This document shows positions 20,515-31,300 of a DNA stretch of 64,000 nucleotides, piece after piece. The notes beneath the pieces were generated by a model. It ran no database searches. It was not told the origin of the DNA and worked only from the letters and a program-made list of their open reading frames with translations. Made by a program: the position numbers and the translations under genes. Numbering within the stretch: the stretch's first letter is position 1; each line of letters begins with the position of its first letter. Where the stretch lies: assembly GCA_037310415.1 (NCBI GenBank), contig CP147780.1:704001-768000 (forward strand). Direction: 5' to 3'. The DNA comes from Candidatus Atabeyarchaeum deiterrae. GTDB lineage: Archaea > Asgardarchaeota > Atabeyarchaeia > Atabeyarchaeales > Atabeyarchaeaceae.

Positions 20515-20811
20515 TTACTTCTTCTTTTCGCGAAGAACTATTAGAACACACTCCTCCTCAGGTGCGACTAGAACCTCCTTGTTCTCAATATCGATCGTGA
20601 GGAATTTGAGCGGACCTTCGTCTATCTCCTTTACGACTGATTTTACCTTACCTACCAGCGAACCTATGAGTGCCGCGATTTTTTCCGTTCTTTCGGGATC
20701 CATCGTCGAGTTTATTGGCAATCCTTCACTACTTACTACAATTACTCCTTTCACACCTTCGTGCTTCGATAGAGACTCAAGCGTCTTCTGGAACATTTTA
20801 TCTCCGAGCAT
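20515..20811 (-). CDS. roadblock protein, dynein light chain roadblock-like
   Basis: GVKGVIVVSSEGLPINSTMD...LKFLTI...EVLVAP. Confidence 0.88.
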   Translation of the reverse strand: MLGDKMFQKTLESLSKHEGVKGVIVVSSEGLPINSTMDPERTEKIAALIGSLVGKVKSVVKEIDEGPLKFLTIDIENKEVLVAPEEECVLIVLREKKK

Positions 20812-21086
20812 CTACGATCATCTTCTCTGTGTGAAGTTCGCAATTATCTTTCTTTTCTTCCAAATATAATTACGCCGATTGTTATTAAAATATATCTGAA
20901 TCAATCTCAAGATTTGTGCAAAGCCTGCGTAAGTAATGCGAGATTGTGGGTGACTTGGGCGTATCGACATGTTAACAGTCTTAAATGGGTCAATTGGTGA
21001 TATAAACACAGGCGAGTTCATGTAAGAAACTGTTCTCGATACAATCGCAGATTCCAGCGGAATCCAAAGTAGAGAGCTGATGAGAA

Positions 21087-21554
21087 ATGAAGGATGAGCG
21101 AACTGGGTTTGATAAAATGCTCAGATATATATGGAAGTGGGAGGTCGACAAGATAAATGATCATCTTCCTAAGAAAACTGTACCATTGAGTGAGCTTTTA
21201 GGCGATGGACATCTGGCTATTCAAGCAAGGGACGGAACGAGTTTATGGATAGACCAAGAAGAAGTGACGAGGATAGCTGATTTGGTTCCTACTGGACTGC
21301 ACAGCAAACTGTATCTTCCACTCATACTGATCAGACGAATAGATCTTGGAGAAGGTGTGTTTAGCATTGGCGGAGGCAAATTAGAAGGATTCCTTGTTGC
21401 AAGGATCTTGGGAACGACTCAAGAGCCCTTCACTAACTATGAATGCGCTGATATACCACCCTATATCTATCGTCCCCAAGTTCAAGAATTAAGAAGAAGA
21501 CTCAGAAGTCTAAGCGTGATCGGTTTCGGAGGCCACGACCAAGAAAACCACTAG
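21087..21554 (+). CDS. DUF61/UPF0216 family protein
   Basis: INDHLPKK..LSELL, ARDG, LYLPLIL, YRPQVQELRRRL. Confidence 0.75.
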   Translation: MKDERTGFDKMLRYIWKWEVDKINDHLPKKTVPLSELLGDGHLAIQARDGTSLWIDQEEVTRIADLVPTGLHSKLYLPLILIRRIDLGEGVFSIGGGKLEGFLVARILGTTQEPFTNYECADIPPYIYRPQVQELRRRLRSLSVIGFGGHDQENH

Positions 21555-21762
21555 CAGCTCACAACCTTCAAACCTCGAAATAGATTTCGTTTCTTCGGCA
21601 GTCAAACTGAAGAATCACAATCCGAGATAACTTAGAAGACTTAAATAACAATGATTCCACATTGTAGCCCAAACAGCAATCAGCGTTTTCCTTAAATCAA
21701 GGTGTGAGAATATAGTTCATATCAGACTCGGGCAAACCTAATCAATGAAATTGTGATGAGAA

Positions 21763-22743
21763 ATGCTAAGCGAACGGTCCGATGCGGTTCTTCGTATTGT
21801 GAGTCTCCTTAAGGAGGTTGGCTTCAAGACATCAGATATCTATAACTCCAGGAAAGCCTGCTTTGATCTGGTTGCAAGAAAAGAGGATCTTATACTACTT
21901 GTCAAGGCACTCACAAACCTCGATGGTTTCCAAGAAGAGCAAGCTTTTCAACTCAAGTTGCTCTGTTTTGTTTTGTCAGCATCACCAATACTGGTGGGGG
22001 AAAGGACACGCAAAGACAAGGTTGAGGATGACGTGTTGTATGAAAGGTATGGCTTGCCAGCTGTTAGTTTCAGCACATTGAGGCAAGCATTACTTCATGG
22101 CGTATTCCCAGTCATCTACGCCAAGAGAGGGGGATTCTTCGTTCACCTTAATGGTGACAAGATCAGGTACGAGAGAGAAAGAGAGTCATTCTCGCTTGGT
22201 TCTCTGGCCCAGAATCTCGGAGTTTCAAGACGAGCAATATACGAGTATGAGCGAAACGAGATGGACAGCACTCTGGAAACGGCAATCAAACTTGAGAAGT
22301 TGTTCGGGAATCCTGTAGCATCTCCGCTCAATATACTCTCATGGAAAGTCGAACACGAAGCCATTGAAGACGGCAATACTGCAGAGTCACTGGATGATGA
22401 ACTGGAAGAGACGGTTGGTCAAGTCCTATCAGATCTGGGTCTCAAGGTTGTCTGGTCCAAGAGAACTCCTTTTGACGCTCTAACATACAGAGAGGAATTG
22501 AGTGATCTGATGGTAACAGGCGTTGGGCATGCCTCTGAGAGAAAAGTCGAAAGCAGAATACAAGCAGTTGGAAGCTTTTCTGGTATAGTGAGATCGCTCG
22601 CTATGTTCGTGTTAGATCGCCCTCATTCAATTATCAGCAAAGGAGTTCCCGTCATGAGTAAGGATGAACTTGAGTCTATGGACGACGCTTCACAACTTCT
22701 AAGAACGATCAGCATGAGAATGCATGGGAAACGCGACAATTGA
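21763..22743 (+). CDS. archaeal cro/C1-type HTH regulator (COG1395-like)
   Basis: CFDLVARK, LYERYG, RGGFFV, HTH SLGSLAQNLGVSRRAIYEYE, TPFDA. Confidence 0.85.
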   Translation: MLSERSDAVLRIVSLLKEVGFKTSDIYNSRKACFDLVARKEDLILLVKALTNLDGFQEEQAFQLKLLCFVLSASPILVGERTRKDKVEDDVLYERYGLPAVSFSTLRQALLHGVFPVIYAKRGGFFVHLNGDKIRYERERESFSLGSLAQNLGVSRRAIYEYERNEMDSTLETAIKLEKLFGNPVASPLNILSWKVEHEAIEDGNTAESLDDELEETVGQVLSDLGLKVVWSKRTPFDALTYREELSDLMVTGVGHASERKVESRIQAVGSFSGIVRSLAMFVLDRPHSIISKGVPVMSKDELESMDDASQLLRTISMRMHGKRDN

Positions 22744-24001
22744 GTTCAATTTTGAAGACACATTTTCAGGAAGCTGCTTGCCGGAAATGTCCGATCTACC
22801 TCTCAGGGAACTAGAAGATGCCGTTGCCACTTCTCTAAGTTGGTACAATGAAGGGAAAGTCCTTTTCCTGGCCCCTGTTCGAAAGACAGTCGTGTCATCG
22901 TCCGATGCCGTCTTCTATAATCCTCGAATGGAGTTTCAGCGTGATGTTTCCATTTGTGTTACCCTCACTTATAGCAAGATGATGGAAAGGGAAATGGATC
23001 TGTGCGAACCGTTGGCAAGTTGTGGCGTGAGGGCGATTAGGTGGGCTTGCGAGGTTCCTGGAATAAGACATATCGTCGCAGGAGACGTAAATCAGAAAGC
23101 TGTCCTCCTTGCCAACATTAATGCTTGCTTGAACAATGTCTTGGGCAAAGTGGAGTTCTTTAGAGCCGATGCAAGGTTCCTTTTGGACACTAATTCTTCA
23201 TTTGGGCAAAGATTCGATGTTGTAGATATAGATCCGTTTGGATCTCCAGTAAACTTCATTGATCCTGCGATAAAAGCCTTGAAAAAAGAGGGAGGTCTGC
23301 TCTGCCTTACAGCAACAGACATGCAGCCTCTTTGTGGAATTCACCAAGATGCGTGTTTACGGAAATACGGAGGAAGATCCCTGCGCACCGAATACTGTCA
23401 TGAGATTGCAGTCAGACTAGTGATAGGTGCTGCAGCATGGATTGCAGCAAGACACAACACACGCACGAGTGTTCTGTTCTCCCATAGCTCTGATCATTAT
23501 GTGAGAGCATATCTTTCAATAAAGAAGAATGCTATTGACGCTGACAAGAGCATCATGGAGATCGGGTGTATTCTCCATTGTTTTAATTGCGGCAATAGAA
23601 AAACCACGCGGAGCATAGTCATATCCACAACCGATCTCAACTGTGAGTTGTGCGGATCGAAGATGAGAATAGCAGGACCACTTTGGTGCGGAGACCTTTG
23701 GGGCAAAGAGTTCGTTCATGCAGCCAAAACCGTCGCCGAGAAACTGGAGTACACATTTGGTCAAAGAAGAATGATGAAGATGCTGGACACGATCTTATCC
23801 GAGTCGAATGGGCCTATCACTTACTATGATTTACACTACCTCTCAGAGGCGGAAGGGACAAGCTCTCCATCAACTTCAAGGATGGTTCAACTTCTTCGAG
23901 AAAACGGGTTCTTTGCGTCGCCGACCCACTTCAGAGGAACAGGAGTTCGTACCTCAGCAGACATAAAGACTATCAGATCGCTGATGAAACAGCTAGAATA
24001 G
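22724..24001 (+). CDS. trm1: tRNA (guanine26-N2)-dimethyltransferase
   Basis: VFYNPRMEFQRD, CGVRAIR, DIDPFGSP, LTATD, DHYVR, GPLW; start position uncertain. Confidence 0.95.
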   Translation: MGNATIEFNFEDTFSGSCLPEMSDLPLRELEDAVATSLSWYNEGKVLFLAPVRKTVVSSSDAVFYNPRMEFQRDVSICVTLTYSKMMEREMDLCEPLASCGVRAIRWACEVPGIRHIVAGDVNQKAVLLANINACLNNVLGKVEFFRADARFLLDTNSSFGQRFDVVDIDPFGSPVNFIDPAIKALKKEGGLLCLTATDMQPLCGIHQDACLRKYGGRSLRTEYCHEIAVRLVIGAAAWIAARHNTRTSVLFSHSSDHYVRAYLSIKKNAIDADKSIMEIGCILHCFNCGNRKTTRSIVISTTDLNCELCGSKMRIAGPLWCGDLWGKEFVHAAKTVAEKLEYTFGQRRMMKMLDTILSESNGPITYYDLHYLSEAEGTSSPSTSRMVQLLRENGFFASPTHFRGTGVRTSADIKTIRSLMKQLE

Positions 24002-24014
24002 CGAAAGAAAACCA

Positions 24015-24476
24015 TTAGTTCTGTGCTTGAACAACACCCTTACCTATGAAGGATCTGAGCCACTCAGAGAGCGGTGGGCACGAACTTGGGGATACAACAT
24101 TGCCTACACTACATATTCTGACATCAGTGCAAAAGAAGCAAGGGCAGTCCATATCTTCCCATCTTATGGAGGCAAGCCTATCGACTGGGACCATGATCCT
24201 GAATGTCCACTTTCCGCCATAGAGCTCTCTCGTTTTTCTTATCAGGCTATGCTCTTCAAGCTCAGAAATCAATTTCAGTCCTTTTCGGTTATTGATTCCA
24301 AGCTTCTTGAGCAAATCGATCTGTAGAACTCCTTTCTCACCTGCTCCCTTGATCAACTCTATTGCTTTCAGTTCGATATTCGAACTCTCAGCCGCATTAG
24401 TGACCGTCAGAGACTTGCGTTCCCTCTTCGCCGTAGGTTGCGCGCTTTTCAACTGCGATCGACTCGGCTCTCTCAA
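24015..24476 (-). CDS. TFE-beta / RPC34(C39)-like winged-helix Fe-S transcription factor
   Basis: wHTH (GVLQIDL...KWTF) and C-terminal CPCFFC.....C..........SPSSC...EWL. Confidence 0.85.
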   Translation of the reverse strand: MREPSRSQLKSAQPTAKRERKSLTVTNAAESSNIELKAIELIKGAGEKGVLQIDLLKKLGINNRKGLKLISELEEHSLIRKTRELYGGKWTFRIMVPVDRLASIRWEDMDCPCFFCTDVRICSVGNVVSPSSCPPLSEWLRSFIGKGVVQAQN

Positions 24477-24705
24477 TAGCCTGAACCTCCACAGAATTCG
24501 CCTTTCTCATCATCCACGTCTGCAAACCTGCACCGCGTAAGTAGAATTCACGGATAACATCGATCACATAATCCGAACATCAACGGGTGATTTCGACGCA
24601 ATGTTATCTAAACTATAATGTATTGACGGCAATAAATAACTTATGTTGTTATGATCAGATTGAGCATTTGTTGTTTTTTGAAACTTTAGCTGAAATGATA
24701 ATTGG

Positions 24706-24774
24706 CAGATGATGAGTCAGTCAATGGCATGATTCTCGTCTGAGGCTACCGCTTTTCCACATCTGGTCTGACTG
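24706..24774 (+). ncRNA. candidate box C/D sRNA, target unknown
   Basis: CAG-ATGATGA(24709-15)...CTGA(24740-43)...CTGA(24768-71)-CTG, with an outer stem TAGCTGAA(24687-94)/TTCAGCTA(24775-82); intergenic. Confidence 0.45.
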
Positions 24775-24908
24775 TTCAGCTAGGAAAGTTTCTTGTGTTC
24801 CCATTCGATCCTCCCAACGTTTCTAAAACGAAGCTGAATTGATGACCACAAAGTTAATAAAGTGTCTGGATTTGTCTAATTTAAACCTCCACTCTCGGTG
24901 GTGACTTC

Positions 24909-25214
24909 TTGATCAGGCTAGGAAAGCTACATCATATTTCTTCTAGTAGAAACTTAATTGTCCGAGCCGAAGTCATACCGCCTCTTGGAGCTACAGTTCT
25001 TACCGATGATTCCAGAAAGATTGGTCGAATCAGTGACGTCTTTGGTCCGAAGAATACACCGTTTGTTTCAGTGAGACCATTTTCTGACGAGAGATCTCTG
25101 CAGAGCCTAATTGGGAGGATTATTTTCTATGCAAAAGAGGGGGAACGGGCAGGGGGACGCGGAAGTAGTGGACTAAGATCTATTAGGGCAAAGAGAGGAG
25201 GCCGGGTGTCTTGA
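24909..25214 (+). CDS. gar1: H/ACA RNP protein Gar1
   Basis: [24 protein letters not shown]-rich tail; gar1-tfb synteny. Confidence 0.88.
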   Translation: MIRLGKLHHISSSRNLIVRAEVIPPLGATVLTDDSRKIGRISDVFGPKNTPFVSVRPFSDERSLQSLIGRIIFYAKEGERAGGRGSSGLRSIRAKRGGRVS

Positions 25215-26161
25215 ATAATAGTAGGGAAATTCTAGAAAAAGAAAGCAAGGATAGACTGTCATCTGAATATGCGATTCAATGCACTGAGTGTGGGAATACA
25301 AAGTTCATAAGAGACTATGAAAGAGCAGAATTGACATGTTTGAACTGTGGTTTGGTCGTCAAAGATCGTATGATCGATACGGGTCCAGAATGGAGAGCTT
25401 TCGACCATGAGCAGCGTGAGAAAAGGGCGAGGGCGGGGACTCCCACAACTTATACAATTCATGATAAGGGTCTCTCCACAATGATTGACTGGAGAAACCG
25501 CGATAGTTTTGGGAAGGATTTGGCTCCCAGGAAGAGGGCTCAAATATACCGGCTAAGGAAATGGCAAAGAAGAATCAGAGTTTCCGATGCCATGGAACGG
25601 AACCTTGCATTCGCTCTCTCCGAGCTTGACCGAATGGCATCACATTTGGGGCTTCCTCGGAATGTGAGGGAAGCTTCAGCCGTGATCTATAGGAGAGCAG
25701 TTGAGCAGAAATTGATTCGAGGTAGATCAATTGAGGGAGTTGCTGCTGCGGCGCTCTACGCTGCGTGTCGGCAGTGCAGAGTTCCTCGAACCCTAGATGA
25801 GATAACCGAGGTATCTCGAGTAAGCAAGAAAGAAACTGGGAGAAGCTACAGGTTTATAGCCAGAGAGCTAAGCATAACGATTCCACCTACCAACCCTGTT
25901 GACTATATTCCCAGATTTGCAAGCCAGTTGAGCTTGTCTGGAGAAGTTCAATCCAAGGCAGTTGAGATACTAAAACATGCGAGTATCAAGGGACTAACAT
26001 CTGGTCGCGGTCCTACGGGTGTCGCCGCCGCTGCGATCTACATAGCAAGTGTAGCTCTCAATGAGAGAAGGACTCAACGCGATGTAGCTGAGGTTGCTAG
26101 GGTTACGGAAGTCACAGTAAGAAATAGATACAAGGAGCTCGTGGAAAAACTTAGCTTGTAG
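25211..26161 (+). CDS. tfb: transcription initiation factor B
   Basis: Zn ribbon, GPEWRAF B-reader, [18 protein letters not shown]. Confidence 0.98.
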   Translation: MNNSREILEKESKDRLSSEYAIQCTECGNTKFIRDYERAELTCLNCGLVVKDRMIDTGPEWRAFDHEQREKRARAGTPTTYTIHDKGLSTMIDWRNRDSFGKDLAPRKRAQIYRLRKWQRRIRVSDAMERNLAFALSELDRMASHLGLPRNVREASAVIYRRAVEQKLIRGRSIEGVAAAALYAACRQCRVPRTLDEITEVSRVSKKETGRSYRFIARELSITIPPTNPVDYIPRFASQLSLSGEVQSKAVEILKHASIKGLTSGRGPTGVAAAAIYIASVALNERRTQRDVAEVARVTEVTVRNRYKELVEKLSL

Positions 26162-26200
26162 ATGGTTATTTCATCTGAAATTCTTCCCTAGCATTCATTT

Positions 26201-26587
26201 TTATTTCTTTTTTGTTAATCTTGCGTTTATCACGCCATGCTGCCCTGGGCGACTTGTGACTGTGGCTTCGCCAAGCTCAGTTCTGATTACTGCGCCTTTT
26301 GAAATGATCCCACGCCGTTCGTAATCGATGCTGGCGGGGTTCTTGACAACTTGCAGTATTTTCGCTCTTCTCGTTACGTTGCTCCTTTGATCGGTGACAT
26401 TTGCGAAGTCACCTTGGAGCAGCTTAGTCTTCTTGTTGCCGCCCATTCCTGTTTTCAGCTCCGTTTTCTCCTCAGAAAGTTTGGTCTCAGCTGGCTCGCC
26501 ACCAGATTCGTATGCCCTCTTTCCTCTTCTGAGTTTTATTGCCCCTCCTGTGTAACTTCGCCCAGCGCGACCTTGCCATTTACCCAA
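26201..26587 (-). CDS. rps8e: 30S ribosomal protein S8e
   Basis: WQGR, IISKGAVI, VTSRPGQHGVINA. Confidence 0.96.
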   Translation of the reverse strand: MGKWQGRAGRSYTGGAIKLRRGKRAYESGGEPAETKLSEEKTELKTGMGGNKKTKLLQGDFANVTDQRSNVTRRAKILQVVKNPASIDYERRGIISKGAVIRTELGEATVTSRPGQHGVINARLTKKK

Positions 26588-26775
26588 TTTACATTCACCT
26601 CAATACAAGCGAAACCTCGCTCAAACGCGTAGAAGGACGAGATCTCCTGCTGTTTTGATCCGCTTTGGAGTCAAACTCTATATTCGGTTAAAATATATAA
26701 GTTTCGGAGGAATCATGAGTCATATCAATGCGAGTTACCCATTGCGCCATTTGAACTGCGGGTGGACTATGAACC

Positions 26776-27072
26776 ATGAAGAAATCGACGGGAGTAATGT
26801 TGTGGCCAAATTACTTTGACTCAACCAAGAAAAGGAGAGAGGGTAGGAGAATCAAGCGTGACCTAGCGGTAGAGAGACCGACAATCGAGGAGTTAGCAAA
26901 GGCTGCAGAAAAGCTAGGTATACCCTATCAGGTTGACAAATCAGCTGCCTATCCAGGATCATGGTGGGAAAGGAGCGGTAGAATGTTTGTAGGAAAGGCT
27001 TTGTCTAAAGGAAGGATCATACTTTCAATAGCCAAGAACCTAAGGAACATGCGGGCAAAAACCAGTTCATGA
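26776..27072 (+). CDS. srp19: signal recognition particle protein SRP19
   Basis: LWPNYFDS..RREGRRI, AVERP, YPGSWW..SGR. Confidence 0.94.
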   Translation: MKKSTGVMLWPNYFDSTKKRREGRRIKRDLAVERPTIEELAKAAEKLGIPYQVDKSAAYPGSWWERSGRMFVGKALSKGRIILSIAKNLRNMRAKTSS

Positions 27073-27092
27073 ACTCTGGAAATGCCTGTTCC

Positions 27093-27689
27093 TTATGAAT
27101 CAGTTCCTTCTCCTTGGTTGGATCCCACCGCGCCATAATCCGTGAGAGCCCGTTGATCTTCGTCCTTGTCAGCTTGTTTTACTAGTTTTCGATGCAACTG
27201 TAACTTCAGTTTCTTGGGATCTTCATCGAACCCAAAATACTCTGCGAATACCCTCGTGGTGGTGATCGCGACGGTCTTTCCGCTTGGTTCCTTTTTGATG
27301 AATCCCAGTTGATCAAGTCTGTGTATATGTTCATATGAATGGGATCCTCTGATATCGATTACTTCGGATCGCCTAATCGGCTGTCTGATAGCTATTAGCG
27401 CTAGGGTCTTGAGTTCCCCCAAGCCGAGCAAGCCTCCAGGTGATAAACGGGCAACCTTTGTTGAATACTCGGGTTTCAATTGCAGAGCATATCTACCCTT
27501 GGAAACCTCCACTATTTCAAGGGCACCAGATCTGCTCCGATATTCGTCAATAAGTTCGTTCAGAAGAGATTCGGTCTCTGGTATTCCCTCAGCTTTGGAG
27601 ATCTTCTCAAGATCTTCGAGTGCTACTGCTCTGCCTGCTGCGTACAATGCCGCTTCGATGAGTTTCTTCTTGTTGAAAGGCGAACTCAT
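27093..27689 (-). CDS. scpB: SMC kite subunit ScpB
   Basis: IEAALY, TLALIA..QPI.RSEV..IRG, TTRVFAEYFG. Confidence 0.92.
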   Translation of the reverse strand: MSSPFNKKKLIEAALYAAGRAVALEDLEKISKAEGIPETESLLNELIDEYRSRSGALEIVEVSKGRYALQLKPEYSTKVARLSPGGLLGLGELKTLALIAIRQPIRRSEVIDIRGSHSYEHIHRLDQLGFIKKEPSGKTVAITTTRVFAEYFGFDEDPKKLKLQLHRKLVKQADKDEDQRALTDYGAVGSNQGEGTDS

Positions 27690-28387
27690 TTCCTGTTCTC
27701 TCCGTCAAGCAGAGTGATGAATATCTCTCCAAATTCCTCTTCCTGCCACAAGACTATCCTGCCGCGATTAGCAATGTGGAGGCAACTCAATAGGATTTTA
27801 ACAACTTCCTTAGGCGTTCTCTCATGGAGGAGTTGGGAGAACTTCACTATCGGCTTGGCCAAGGTCAGATTCAGGATTCTTTGAAGTGTCTCATTGATGC
27901 TTTTTTCAACGTTTACCATGTCAGGTTCAAGCTCGAAGACTAACGGTGCGATAAACAATCCTTGGTTTTCTGGTCTTTTCATATTGCTCCTGGATTCTCC
28001 TTGGAGAAGAACTCGTTCCAATGCCACCAGCAACTCATCCAAGGTAACCTTCCTTGAAGTCAGGCGAAGGGGCATCTCAAGAGGCGGAAGAACTAGCTCT
28101 TTCTCTTCCTCGGTTAACTCTGGGCTAGTATTAAGCGCTAGGAGTTGCTGTGTTTTGAGTCTGAGTATTATTGATGCAGACAGAAGTGCGCGACCTGAGA
28201 CTCTGAAATCAATCACACCGAGTTCATACATCTTCTGCAGGAATGAGGAGACCAAGTATGCTATGTCTATATCCCAAGGCGAAAGCTTGCTAGCTTTCAA
28301 TGAGTCAAGCAGAAATGACCAAGGGGGCTGCAGCCAAAATGGAGTGTTTGCTTCGCTCAGGGATTCCCACCTCGTCTCCATCGTCAT
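27686..28387 (-). CDS. scpA: kleisin ScpA
   Basis: PWDIDI, SGRALLSAS..LRLKT, VTLDELL.AL, WQEEEFGEI. Confidence 0.92.
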   Translation of the reverse strand: MTMETRWESLSEANTPFWLQPPWSFLLDSLKASKLSPWDIDIAYLVSSFLQKMYELGVIDFRVSGRALLSASIILRLKTQQLLALNTSPELTEEEKELVLPPLEMPLRLTSRKVTLDELLVALERVLLQGESRSNMKRPENQGLFIAPLVFELEPDMVNVEKSINETLQRILNLTLAKPIVKFSQLLHERTPKEVVKILLSCLHIANRGRIVLWQEEEFGEIFITLLDGENRK

Positions 28388-31300
28388 GATGCAGGTGTTT
28401 TCATCATTTCTCCAATATCCGCGGAAACGATATTTGAGACTCCGGTCTCAGCATTCCTAGAGACACCTACAAGAGAATCGGCTCTGGTCATTAGAGCCTG
28501 TTTGAGAGTAACAACTATGAATTGAGAGTTTTTTGACAATTCCTTGAGAAGATCTGCCACCCTGACTGCATTGACTTCGTCAAGAAAAGCATCGATCTCG
28601 TCCATTACGTAGAACGGAGCTGGCTGATGCTTCTGGATTGCGAACGTCAAAGCCAACGCTGTTAGTGATTTTTCTCCCCCTGATAAGGCCTCGATGTTTG
28701 CCACCTCCATGTTTGTTGTTCTCACTTTAATGGCGATTCCACCCAACAGTGGCTGATCAGTGTTTTCAAGAACGAGTTCTGCCCGGATAGTTGGAGATAG
28801 GTAGTTGAATATCTCTCTGAAGTTGTTTGATATATCATTGAACGTATCTGTGAAGATTTTCAGCTTCTCTCGCTCGATTTTCTCCATGAATTCGAGAATA
28901 GACTTTTTCTCATCCTGCACTTTATCTCGTTTTGAAATTATCTCATCATAGTTCCCTTTTACAGTGTCATGTTGTTCTATCGCTTTCATATTGACATGTC
29001 CTAATGCTGCTTGCTCTTCCTTGAATCTGCGCACTTTCTCGATGGTCTCTCTCTCATTGAGCTCTCTGTTGGACAATGACTGAAACTCAGGATACTCTTG
29101 TATTCTCTTTTCTGCAGAGGAGATTTCAGATTCTAGACTTTCTTTCCTGATGTTGAAGCCATTTATATCCATTTTTATTTGATTGGTCCGTTCTTTGATT
29201 GCATTGAGATTCTTGGAGGAGTCCCGTAACGCAGTTCTGTTCTCATTTAGTTTCTTCTTGAGTGAATCAACTTCTTCCTTCGTTTTGTCTCGTTGACTCG
29301 TAACGCTCTTGAGCTCTTCATTCAGCACATTCAACTTGGTTTGTTTGCTATCAAGATCTGATTGGAGTGAAGGAATAGCGCTCGTAATCTCGTCAATAAG
29401 CTTTTTTGTCTCTTCGCCTTGGGGAGTGAGCTGGTCGATTTTCGTGGTGCTTTGGGCTATTGAGATTTCAACTTTTCTCAGTTCACCATTCAGTTGAGTT
29501 AGTTCCTTTTCTTTCTCCTTCAACATGTCTCCGATTTTGGAGGCCTCAGACGTGTCAAGCAATGCTCTTAGTTTTTTCTCTTGGGATGAGATGGCTGACA
29601 GATTGTCTTCGAGTTTTCTGATGGTCTCGCTCGGTTCGGCTGAGTCCTTGATGACCTCCTCAAGTCTTTTGTTCTTTGAGTTCAGTTCGGTCTGGGCGTT
29701 TTGGGCTATTTGGTCAAGTTCCTTGGTTCTGTTGCTTTTCTCAGTTAGCTTTACTGCCGCTACCTCAAGCTTCTTCTCATCTATGTTGATGCTTTCCCTT
29801 AGGTCCAACGTTGTTTTTGTCAGGGTCCTAATCTTGTCATAGAGCGTCTTTCTAGTTGCCTCAAGTCCCTTCAACTCTTCCTCAAGTCTGATTAGGCTCG
29901 ATTTCTCATCTGCTTGTTTTCCTTTCCTGTAGAATCCCCCTGTTATTAGACCCGCGGGTTCTACGACATCCCCCTCCAATGTGACCCTACGTAGGTCTGA
30001 GTTCTTGAGTGAACGAGCTACAGCTAGATCCTTCACTAGCAAAGTATTCCCGAAGACGTAGTCAATTGCTGCTTCATATTCTTTGTTGAATTTGATTAGA
30101 TCGCTAATAAGGCCCATAACTCCTTCTGATTTCGGATACTTGGTAGGAATTCTGGCTTTTAGAGCGTCAAGCGGGAGAAAGGACGCTCTGCCGGTTTTCG
30201 CCTTTTTTAGGTACTCTATTAACCTTGCTGCGTCGTCTTCCGACTTTGTCACAACATAAGTAAGTCGAAAACCTGCGGAAGCTTCGACAGCGGTTGAGTA
30301 CTCGTCTGGAACTTCTATTAGATCACCAATTGTGCCGCAAATTCCTTCGTAACTCTTCTGATCCTTTAGCTTGAGGATGTCCTTTATAGCAGCTCTTCTC
30401 CCATGCGACATGAACATTCTGGTTTCTCTGATGGCATCCATCTTTGCTCTGATCCGTATCAACTCGTCTCGAATTCTCTTGATGATGGCGTCAGTCTCTT
30501 CTAACTGTTTCCGTACGGATGAAAGCTCCTGTTCATCGCGTACAAGCTCAGCTTTGGAATCAGACAAGTGGTCAATTGATGCCACTTGTTCATTCTTCAG
30601 AGTTACCATGTCGTTCTTGGCAATGGAGCTATTCTTGTTTGACTCTTCTTTGGTCTGGCGCAGTCTCGTGATTTCCTGCCCGAGGTACGTCTTTTCCTTT
30701 TCGAGAAGCTGCTGTCTCGCTATGTTTTGAGATAGCTCTGACTTCAATTCGTTGATATTTGCCACTATCTCCTCAAGTTGCTTTCTCTTCTTGCCGAATT
30801 CGCCATCGAGCTCTGAGATCTGTCCAGTGAAAAGTTTGACAGTCGCAGTCGTGTCCTCGATCCCCTTCAGCAATACCTTCCTTCTATCTTCAAAGGTCTT
30901 TATGTCGTTCGAGGTGTTCTCCACGGCTTTCTTGATATTAATCGATTTCTCTTGCAAGGACTTCAGTCTGCTTAAGTTGGATTCAACCTTCTCCTGAACA
31001 TAGTTTGAGGCATTCTCATTTTCGGAGATTTGCTGTCTAGACTCAAGGATCCGTGATTGGATTCCATCAAGTTCAGATTCTCGGCTCACTACTGCTGGTT
31101 CGATTTCGTTGGTTCTGTTAGACAGATCTTCGTGGTTCTTTGCCGCAGTCTCTTCCTCTAATTTCAGTTTGCCTAACTGGGCGTTCTTTGCGTCTAGACT
31201 CTTCAGAGCCTCCTGGAGATTAGTTTTTGCCCTAGTCAATTCAGCATGTATCAGCGATGCCTGCAGATTCTTGATCTCGTTGTCTGCTTGCTGCCATCGT

